From contig NW_026781888.1 of the NCBI RefSeq assembly GCF_031769215.1, positions 1,116,001-1,180,000 on the forward strand: DNA of 64,000 nucleotides, written 5' to 3'. Origin of the DNA: Ylistrum balloti (lineage: Eukaryota). The position numbers were made by a program, and so were the translations under genes. Below, in pieces: positions 41,401 to 53,400 of this stretch. Positions within the stretch are counted from its first letter, which is position 1; each line of letters opens with the position of its first letter. Below the pieces are notes generated by a model. The model was given only the letters and a program-made list of their open reading frames with translations. It was not told the DNA's origin and did not search any database.

Positions 41401-44400
41401 TGCTATCCAAGTTTAGTTGATTATTGCTATTTGTGATTGCTAAGTTTTTCAACACGGTGCTGTAAATTCAAGAAGAGAATTATGCATATCAGGATTTATT
41501 TCAAAACAACAAATATGGTTTATCAATTTTGAGTCAAATTCTATGTAATTTATGGTAATTATATTTGCTTCTTACAATGACCAATTTAACACCAAATCAC
41601 AACAAACAGATCTGTCAAAGTGAAAATTACATTTTTCACCATCATTAATACAAAACTGAAGATGTTAAGATAAGATGGAAATTTTACACTGTCAAGTCTG
41701 GATTGACCGGATATAGAAAACTAGTATGTCTGACTGGCTCAGTCACAGGGCACTTGTATCAAATATTGTTGGTCACAATATCAGAACATCAACATTTTGC
41801 ATATTTTTTCTTCTGACTAATGAACATGATATAAAGCAGTTTTTACTGTATAAATATTTCACTGTAATATTATGTGTTGTTTGACAGGAGTCTATATGAG
41901 GAAGATTGTCTGCTGTTTACTACACTTCTCACGCTCAACATACAGGCAGAGGGTATGGAGAACTTCTCTAATGAAGAAATGTCACTACTGTTACAAGGTA
42001 AACACAGAGGAAAACAAAGCAAAGTTTCCGATTCATTATTAGGTCATCTGATTCAAAGGATTAAGATGATAAGGCATCAATGTTTCAAATTACTTCTTCT
42101 CAATAATCAAAAGGCCCAGGGTACTGATATTGGGACTGAAGCATGAAGTAGGGCTACCAAATTATTAATATGAATGACCTTGACCAACATTCAAGGTCAC
42201 AGGTGTCAGATGTGTTAAGATATCTAAACAACTTCTTCTCAATAACCAAAAGGCCCATGGAGCTGATATTGAACCTGTAGCATGCTGAGATCAGGAGTTA
42301 TCAAATTTTTGAGAATGATTCACCAGTGACAAATATGTCAAAATTTTAGATAACTAAAATGCCAGGGGTGTTAATATTGGCCCTGTAGCATACTGGGATG
42401 GAGGGCTATCAAGTTTCTTAATATGGATGACCTTAATCCATTTTCAAGGTTAAAGGGGATCAATGTGTAAAAATCTTTAAACGACTTCTCACCACTAACC
42501 AAAAGCCAAAAGTACTGATACTTGGCCTGTAACATGCTGAGGATGAAGAGCTATCAAATTTGGTCATATTATTGACCTTGATTATCTTTCAAGGTCACAG
42601 GTGTCAAATATGTCAAAATATTTAAACACCTTCTAAATAATCAAAAGGCTGATGGTGCTTATATTGAGCCTTTGACATGCTGGGATGAAGGATTACCAAT
42701 TTTTTTATGTAACTGACCTTTTCTCTTTTTAAAGGTCACTGGGTCAAATGTGCCAAAGTCTTCAAATAATTTCTTCTCAATTTACATTGTTTGATGAAAG
42801 GCTACCAAATTTATTTAGATAAATGACCTTGACATTTTTTTCAAGGTATCTTAGGTCAAATGAATTGAGATCTTAAAATACCTTTTTTTAACAAACAATA
42901 GGTTCGGAGTAATGGCATTTGTGTATATTAAGAATATAATTTCAAGTTTGCATCAAATGTTTTTATGAACCAATAATATCTTCTTTGTAAGCTGTAGAGC
43001 AGTAGAAAAATTCTTATGCCTGTTTGGCCTCTTGCATATATAGGTCCTTATAGTTAGATGACCATAGAGGCCTGTGGACCTCTTGTTACATCCATCTTTG
43101 ACCATTATATTACCAAGTCATATATGAGAGATGAAAATGTTCAACATTTTGCCCAATTTAAATCACAATTTAGTAATGGTGCAAACTTTCCAATTTCCTA
43201 TACACAGGAACCACAAAACTAAGTTTGAACATACCAGGTATATCTGTCAAATATGTCTATTATATGCTGTGAGCCTGCATTTCTGTGAACTTTGACTTTA
43301 CAGGTAACCCTGGCCTAGGGATGCAGCTGACCTTGGAGGACTTTGACTGTAAGGATAATCCTCCAGATTGGATGCCTCAAGAGAAATGGGAGGACATGAT
43401 GGCCCTGTCTGTCCTGCCTGGGCCATTAGATAGTCTCTGTATCAACCTGGCTCAGAATTCAGAAGGCTGGCAGGCCTGGTACAAAACAGATCATCCAGAA
43501 AAGGAGGCTCTCCCTCTGACTCCTGTGGAGGGCGAGGCCTCTATAGGTAAGTTACAAAAAACATGAACAAATAATAAGTAACAAGTGAAAAACCTATATA
43601 TTTGAAGAGATGATTATTGTATGTATCCCCTGATTTTACCAAATGTAAAGAATCAACTTCATGGAACTTTTACCACATCTAGGTCCAATAAGGCTAGAAT
43701 GTAACAGAATAGTTAAATAAGAGCCTTTTTTCAAAACAAATGTCATGATGATTTTTAATGATTCCTGTGTTACAGAGAACCGACCTGGATCTAGTGGTAG
43801 TAAGAACAGTCGTGGCAGGGGCTCCAAGTCTCCAGATCTTGGCCCCTTATCTGATTTCCACCAGCTTTTGTTGCTGCGGATGCTGCGGCCTGATCGTCTC
43901 CCAATAGCCCTCGTCCGCTATGTCAATAAACACCTGACCTTTAACCTTCCCAACCAATCTGACTTCCGCATACAAGATGTCTTGAAGGATGCAAAGCGCC
44001 ACCTAGGTGTGCTACTCTTGCTGCCACCTAGTGCCACAAATGGAACAAAGAACCCATCATCGCGTCTCAGTCTGACTCATCCTCCTGTTGATGTACTTAT
44101 TCGTATGGCTGAGGTGAGTATTGTGCATCCTATTGATTTACTCATTTATATGGCTGAGGTGAGTGTGACACATCCCTCAGGTAATGTACTCATTTGTATG
44201 TCTGGAGCGAGTATGGTGCATCCCTCCATTGATGTACTCATTTGTATGTCTGGAGCATGTATGGTGCATCCCTATATTGATGTGCTCATTTGTATGTCTG
44301 GAGCGAGTATGGTACATTCCTCCACTGATGTACTCATTTGTATGGCTGGAGCGAGTATGGTGCATCCCTCCATTGATGTACTCATTTGTATGTCTGCGGC

Positions 44401-47400
44401 GAGTATGGTGCATCCCTATATTTATGTACTCATTTGTATATCTGGAGCGAGTATGGTGTATCCCTATATTGATGTACTCATTTGTATGTCTGGAGTGAGT
44501 ATGGTGCATCCCTCCTTTGATGTAATCATTTGTATGTCTGGAGCAAGTATGGTGAATCCCTCCAGTGATGTATTCATTGGTATGGCTGGGGTGAATATGA
44601 TAGTTTGCTACCTCTCATCTGGCCTAGTCAAATAACCCCAGTCTAATCAGGCTCAGTGTAAAAGCCACTTCAGCACTAGAAAAAATTGTTATTAATACCA
44701 TATCTGTATTGCCATAAGGCCATTGGGATAACATTCTGGATTATTGCTAGGTGGGCTAATCACAGGTCAGTGCAGCTGCCTTTGTAATTTTACTAAATAG
44801 AAGTCAGTGGATTTATTTTGAGATGAATATGGTTTAATTATGGATTATGGTTGTCCAAAACAATTTGAAAGGTTGATAGTATGTTTGAAGGATGCATGAA
44901 GTATCTATGGAAAAGATGATCATGTTAATGCACTTATAATACTTACAAACACACACTTCTGTTTGTCCACCATTTTATTCACAGACTACTTGAGACAAAG
45001 CTATCTTCAATCAGTAAGAGTAATGTACAGGGGAGGTAATAAGTAAATGGAACATAGTAAGGATTATCTCCCTTATCTCATTATAGTAGATTAACAGATC
45101 ATTGCTTTAAACAAAAGCTAGTATGGACCTTGTCACTGATGACTCTATTTGTTTTGTACACCAGTCTGTCGGAGCCAAGGTTGAACATGTACGTGTTGGG
45201 GAGGGATGTGAGATCCTCGTGGATGAAGCAATCGATAGTGCAGAGAAGAACGATGGCTGGGTAATCATTGAAGACCTTCATCTCTCTCCAAAAGGCTTCT
45301 TCAATGAGCTAAAGAAACATCTTGTCCGAATGGCCAGGGCTAGAAGTAAGTCTGGGATTCTAACAAGCTACGGATTTCATTAACAAGACCTCTGTGTTCT
45401 AAAATAAGTAATTGACAAATCAGTCAAAAATTGAAGGCTTTTTTTCTCATTATGAAAAAAGACAATATACCCTATTAATTTAAATTTGTTAGATTGAAAA
45501 CAGATTAACCATTGTGAATTCCCTTATACAAAAATGTAGGGATGATTTACATAAATGTTTTTTTACACTGACAAACCTGAGTGTACTGTTTATATTTGTT
45601 GTTTCAGATAACAACAAGGAAGAAAACAAAGGGGAAAGCCAGTTCTGTGTTTGGGTCACTTCTGAACCATGTGACCAGATCCCTGATTTCCTGTTGAGGA
45701 ACTTACACAAGCTGGCGTGGAACCACATGACAATGGATGTGGTAAACAATGATCTACCACCTCCACACAAAGCTGATGATGCCGATGTTGGGGGAGGGCC
45801 TTTTAGACTTACCTATAGGTCACCTCACTCCTACCTACACACAGGTAAGATATTTACCTACATATAGTTAACATAAGTATGCACACATAGGTAAGATATT
45901 TATCTACACACAAGGAATACTTGTCCATAAGCACCAGTAACATATTTACCACTAGGTAAGATATTTATCACCAGGTAAGTTATTTACCACTCAGGTTAGA
46001 TATTTACCACTCAGGTAAGCTATTTACCACCAGGTAAGATATTTATCACCAGCTTAGATATATACCACTCAGGTAAGATATTTACCACTCAGGTAAGATA
46101 TTTACCACCAGGGAAGACCACTCAGGTAAGATATTTACCACCAGGTAAGATATCTATCTACACAAGGGAAACATGCACCTATACAAAGGTAAAATATTTA
46201 CCCACACACACATGATACATGTACTTACCCAAAGTAAGGTATTTACCTACATACTGGTAAGATGTGTGCCTACACAATGTAAGATATACTTAACAAAAAA
46301 AGAAAGGTAACACTACTTTATTCTGTGATTAATTAACCCCTTCATAAATCCTTACCAATCATTTACGAATAAAGTAATTGATAAGTCCTGATAAAACTGC
46401 AGTCATGGTTCATTATAAAACTTTGCGTTCAGTTGATTTTATTCGACTGTAAAGGACGTTGGGGTCAATTTCAAAGGTAACACCATTAGTAACGGGTATG
46501 GCCACCATTTGCGAAGTAAACAGCATTGCAGCGTCGTCGCATGGAACTCGTACGAGGAGAGATGTTGTTCCATTCAGTGATCAAGGCTTGGGCCAGCTCC
46601 TGCAAGTTTGACGGCTGATTTTGACGTTCTCTCACGCGTCGCCCAAGAACGTCCCAGACATGCTCAATCGGTGACAAATCAGGTGATTTAGATGGCCAAT
46701 CCAACACCTGTACGTTATTCTGCTGCAAGAAAGTTCTGCTGACGCGACTGGTGTGCGCTGGTGCGTTATCCTGTTGAAAATGGCGCCAAAGCCATGGTGT
46801 CTTAAGAATGGCAGAACCACTGGTCTTAAAATTTCGTCCGGATATCGAATGCCGGTTAAATTGCCATTTAACACAACAAGCCTGGTACGAGTCCCCCCAC
46901 AAATACCACCCCAAACCATTACACTTCTGCCGCCAAAGCGGTCCCGTTCTGCGACGCAGCAGTTCGCAAAACGCTCCGCGTGACGCCTCCACACTCTGCG
47001 CCTTTCGTCACCGTGTTGTAGATAAAACCGGGACTCATCTGAAAACAGAACATTGCTTCATTGTCGTTAGGCCCAACGACGGTGAACACAGGTCCAGTTA
47101 CGTAGGTTATTACGGTGACGTCACAACAAATTGGGTCCAGTGTAGGGACGCCGCGCTTTCAATTGATAGGCCCTCAACCTGTTGTGGACTGTTTGGGGAG
47201 ACACATGACACCCAAACAATGTCCTTGTAGTCTCTACTGCGGTTACGAATCGATTGCGCAAGTGTATCATTTGTATACGACTGTCATCCCTGGCGGTCAT
47301 TTTACGGGGTTGGCTGCTTTGGGGACGATCGGATGTTGACCCAGTTTGGTTTAAACGACTTACCAACTGGCAAATTGTCTTAACACTGCAACCGAAATGC

Positions 47401-50400
47401 TGTGTAACTCGACAGCGAGACTCCCCAGCCTGGATCATGCCTACAGCCCTTTCTCTCTGTACTTGTGACAGCTGGGGCATAATGATAGTTGATAGATAGC
47501 AAGATTCAGTGATTTCTAAGTCCTAAGGATCTAAGGAACAGTTGTCAATTTCCATGTTTATGAAATTCAAGCGAAGATACAAGTTAGTCGCAGGAAACCT
47601 CGTGCAGCTCTTTCGCTAATACGGTCTTTCATGCTTTAATGATTTTAGTAACCCCCTTGGATTTTGTAATGTAAAACATTACCATTTTCTAATATTGCAC
47701 AAACGTCATTTTGTTTTCACTTATTTACAGGTATTCGCCAAGGAAACATGTTAACCTTTCTTTTTTTGTTGAGTATATATATTTACACACATAGTTTTTA
47801 CCTGAAGATAAAATTCATTTAATGTTTTTTTTCATGTTTAAACAAAAACTGCAAATTATTCTTGACTTTATGTCTTCCAGCAATTGTTAGCACTTTGAAA
47901 CAAGTAAACACAGAGATAATGGCAAAAGTGATGTCAGAACCTCAACTCATCCGTACCATGGCATTTGGTTTGGGGGTGGTTCAGGGAATATTAGTTGCTC
48001 GTCAACTGTTTGGAACACAAGGCCTGAACCAGTGGTACCCCTTCAACTCTGTACAGATGGAACAATCCATAAGTGCCCTCACCGGGCAGCTTCTCAAAGG
48101 AACAGAAGATTCAGAACCTAAACTTGAGGAAATCACCAACCTCTTCACTGAGGTATGTACAATAGATAGGCACAACCAATTCAGGAATTACTTCTCTGAC
48201 ACAGTTCTCTATACTGACATTAATTAGGAGTAGGATTTTCTTTCAGTATCATAACATTCGTGGCACAAATGATACAAAAATTCCCTGGTTTTGTACATTC
48301 AATGTGGCTCAATTCACTCTATGTAATACAGCAACCAAGATTGATAAATACTAATCTGTGATCAATTTTAATTTTAACACTGTAGGATATAACAATATAC
48401 TCCTGAGACCTCCTTACCTGTTTTAACCTTTGACATTGTGCCTTATCTGACTTGTTTTGACCTCTGACCTTATGTTACAGCTAATGACCTCTAACCCCTG
48501 ACATTGTGCCAGATATCCTGACCTGTTTTGACCTCTGACCTTATGTTACAGCTAATGACCTCTAACCCCTGACATTGTGCCAGATATCCTGACCTGTTTT
48601 GACCTTATGTTTCAGCTGGTGTATAAGAACTGTGTGTATACTGAGAGTGATAAGACTTACGTGGAGGCTGCGATCAGACAAGTTCTTACCAACATCTACA
48701 CAGACACATCTGGTCAGCTCATCCTTGGCGGGGTGCGCTTCCCCACACCACCAGCCAATGTTGGTGAGTATCTAATACACAAAAAGTCACTTATACACAA
48801 ATGACCACGAGGGTATTTATTATCAAATCACCCTGCATCCCTCATCCATTGTTGTTGTTTACATTTACCATATATAAGTACACCAGAGTATCACTATGTT
48901 TCTGTGAACCAAAGTATTGTTCATTGATTTCAACAGATTTAAGGCACATATTATTACAGAATTAATCATAAGGAAAGTATATAATGATCACAGATAGATA
49001 TGTACAAATATTCAGCCAAATTCAACAGAAGTTTTTACAGAAGTTTTCAGATATTAGTTCTGCTATGTGAATAACTAACTGTCAAAGTTAGGGAAGAATG
49101 TAGACATTTGTAGAAACTTAAATACCAATCTTGTCTACTACAAATTAGCAGTCAAACAATCCATGAATACATTTAAGAAGTTAACAAATATCCAGATATT
49201 GTTGTCTGCTCTCCAAAGAAAATTTAAATGTTTTCATATATCAAAATAAGAAAGGCTTTTATAACCTAAATTTGCCTGAAATTACAGTTTTCTTTGGACT
49301 GATTCTAGTTGGTATGTAAATGTAGTTTGGTGCAGTGACAATCCAGTTTACTTCTAACTAGCTTTACATTCACTGACCTCATCACAGATTTGTTATTAAA
49401 ACATTTACAGGAACATTTTAAAAATATACGCGTTTGCATACTGTTTGACACATCTTTGTTAACTTGGTGAGAGAAGTTAAAATTGTCAGATATCCAGACT
49501 CCAAAAGTATGGTATAATCAAAGTGAAATTAATCAAAGTATAATTTTCCTGTGCACATGATATAAATTAACTCATATTTCAGACCCGACAGAGTTTGGTA
49601 AATGGTATGCCAAGAATGTGGATGAGGATTTGACTATTCCAGCTCTCCAATTACACAGCAGTGTGGAACGGGAAGTCAACGAGGCCAAGTAAGTACTTGG
49701 ATGTATGGAATAAGGCTTGTAGATCATGTGATATATTTGAGGGGTAGAGAAAATGTGTATAAGTCATGTGATATATTTGAGGGGTGGGACAATCGTATGT
49801 AGGTCATGTGAGATATCTAGGGTGTGGGGCAAAAGTATGTAGGTCATTATGCAAGTCTTGTGATATTTCTGAGATATGAGACAAAGGTCAAGAACAGGTG
49901 TAAGGCATGTGTTTTGTTTGAGGGGTGGGGAAAAGATCAAGCACCTATGTAAATAATGTGATGTATCTAGGGGTGGTTCAGTTGCTTCCCATAGTTGATG
50001 GTAATTAGTTTGTTATAGTAGGTCAAGGCATAGGACTTTTGGAACCTACCAGTTTTCTGAAATACATGTATCTGTAAAATTATGAAATGGCAAGGGATAC
50101 AGATAGAAGCTATCTTACTAAACAATGATGTTGTTACTTCAGTTCTCTGGTGTTCATTGAGCACCTGGACCACATGTTTGAGACACAGAACATGGAAGCT
50201 GGAGATGTGGCCCGGTCTACAAAAAATAACATCAACATTATGAAGCTCCGTTCTTCTCTTGATCTTTGTTTGGAAGAGTTACCTAACTTGTTGGAGCTCG
50301 GAAGTGTTCCAGAAATCCTCAGTAATGACTTTGATTTCCCGTATCACCGACCAAGTCTGATCAGTCTCGGCACAAACAGTAGTACTCAGATGCCTGAAAC

Positions 50401-53400
50401 CATCGGCTACTGTCTTCTACAGGTAACTAGAAATAACTACTGTCTCCTACAGATAACTAGAAATAGCTACTGTCTTCTACAGGTAACTAGGGATAACTAC
50501 TGTCTCCTACAGGTAACTAGGGATAACTACTGTCTCCTACAGGTAACTAGGGATAACTACTATTTCCTACAGGTAACTAGGGATAACTGCTGTCACCTAC
50601 AGGTAACTACGGATAACTACTGTCTCCTACAGCTAACTAGGGATAACTACTGTCTCCTACAGGTAAAAAGGGATAACTCCTGTCCCTATAGATAACTAGG
50701 GTATACTATTGTCGCCTACAGTAACTAGGGTAACTACTCTCTCCTCTAGGTAATGTGGATATAAGGTGTAAGACGTACTGTCTCTGATACAGAGATAAGA
50801 TATATATGTGTATACTCTGGTAACATCTTTTAACAGGAATGCCTATGGTTGAACTCGGTGCTATGTCACATCCGACAACAGATTGCAGATTTGCAGAGTT
50901 CCATTCTAGGTGGTCCTGAGGCTTTAGCTTGGGTCTTACTGCCCACTGTGTACAGTCTGCAAGAGGAGCATGTGCCAGTGTCCTGGGTACATCCCAACTG
51001 TCAACCCTGTACCCACTCACTTCTGTCCTGGCTTGACCGTAAGTATTGTCTACCAGTCCCTGCTGACAACCCTGTACTCACTCCTGTCCTGACTTGACTA
51101 TAAGTTTTGTCTACCAGTCCCTGCTGACAACCCTGTACTCACTCCTGTCCTGACTTGACTGTAAGTTTTGTCTACCAGTCCCTGCTGACAACCCTGTACT
51201 CACTCCTGTCCTGACTTGACTGTAAGTTTTGTCTACCAGTCCCTGCTGACAACCCTGTACTCACTTAATTCCTGACCAGGTTGTACGTACCATATAACTT
51301 CCGAACAGTCAATATATACTCACTTCAGTCCAGACTTGACTATGTTTGAGACTTGTTTTCAGTTTTGTATAGAAACTCCTAAAAACATCAGATGCTAATG
51401 ACTGGTATGTTTACAGACACAAAGAAATGTCATGAGCAACTACATAACTGGGTGAAACACGGCATGGTTCCAACTTTCAAGGACAACAATATGGCAGAGA
51501 ATCCTGTTATAGCCCAGGGGTCCTTGTCCAGTGTGTGGCTGGGTGGACTTGTCAACCCTATTGCCCTCTTAACTGCCTACATACAGGAGAAGGCCATTGT
51601 TAGCAAATGTAGCATGGATGAGGTAGGTTTATGAAAGCTAGCTAATTAACCATCACTCTTATTATGCCAACTGATGCCCAGAAGAGAGAGGAGGGGTCCA
51701 ATCTAGACTGTCTTGCAAGCTGATTTTCAATAGGATTTTATTTTTTATGAAATTTTATTAAAGAAAAGCTCACTTAACACAATACTCAGAATCTGTTTGA
51801 GGGTTCCTTGGATGAGTTCATGGTTCAAAGTTCAATGTCAAGGTTGTTATTATCTATATCATTATGAGAACTAGATATACCGGGTAAGTTATTATACTCA
51901 GATAGAACAAACCAGAAAATGCCTTTATACAGTCATCCTGTCAGGATTTTTCATCATCTCATCTTTATTTGTTTTAAGATTTCTTTCGAGTGTGTTGTCA
52001 TGGACGAGATCAACATCAAGGATTATGACATTGATGAGGGTGGTCTGTTTATTACTGAAATCAACCTACAGGGTGCCAGCTGGAGCTATGATCTCGACTC
52101 CCTCTGCGAGGCCAAGTAAGTCCTTTTTAGCTCTCATTAATTAGTATATATAAATATACATTTGAAATAAGTGTCTTTCATATCCCAAGGAATAATTATC
52201 ACCAATAATTTGATTGGTCAAGAGAAGTTTTATTGTCAATAGTGTTTTGATGAGATTTTTAAGGACATTAAATAAAAACTTAATAGATCATTTTAAGCAG
52301 AACTGGTATGATTTCAAGGGTTTTCTTCAATTAAATACTTTCAATGAAAAGATATCTTGTATACCTGTGTCATATTCTGCCCTTTACAGTACTCACTTAA
52401 TCTGTCTTTGTTGTATTCTCCAGGTCTGCCCTCTACAGTATTCCGTGTATATATTTGCGTCCAAAGACCAAAGCAGAATTGGCTAACAAGGACAAGACCA
52501 CAATCTACCCATGCCCTGTCTACATGAACAAGGTAAGAATGTTAGAATTCAATTCTAAAAGTAAAAATGTAAATATATTTACCAGCAGCAACCTGAAGAA
52601 TCCAATTTTCCTAATATGAGTTATCCAATTTCTCTATAGCAACATCTCTGCTTCCCCTAGCTATGGTGTTTACATGTCACAGTGACTCAATATTCAAGTG
52701 CTTGCATCCAATATCAGGATTTTGATAAGATGTTGACAGCTTGCATATGAACATGAGAGATTCATGCTGAAGTTAAGTAGTTAACATAATGGTCTCACTG
52801 GGAAACATTCTATTCTTTGAGCGACATGAAGATGGACATATCTGATGCTCATTTGATATTACTTACCAGTTCTTTAATTGGACCGACCAAGGTTTAACTC
52901 ACTAGTATTGTTGATGGCATAGAAAATGTTGACCTTTCAGGAACACCTGGTCTTTTTTTGGTTTTTTTTTACGGGTCTCTTAGTATATCATATTTTGTCC
53001 TAGTTTCATAAAATTCATTGAATAAAGATCCTTTTGACATGTCAGTATTTTTAGGTCATTTGACCGAAGGGTCTGATGACCTATTGCGATCGTCTTTTGT
53101 CCGGCGTCGTCCACCGCACGTCGTCGGTCATAAACATTTTCAACTTCTTCTCAAGTTCTACATGTCTCATTGAGTTGAAACTTACCTGAAATGATCGTGA
53201 CATGATCCTGACCAAAGTTTGTTAATTTCGGATTGGTCCAAAATCCAACATGGCGGCCATCTTGAAAACACATTTTCGACTTCTTCTCAAGTTCAAAATT
53301 TAAAATCTTGTATTTTATGTCAGATGACCGTTAAGGCCCATTGGCCTATTGTTGTTTTTGGTTTTGTTTGAATTATCTGCGATCTGTCTGTCCAGGACAT

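Noticed and set aside
46486-47480. Active transposase via readthrough or programmed frameshift
   Set aside because: Three separate stops plus a frameshift and a C-terminal deletion are better explained by neutral decay.
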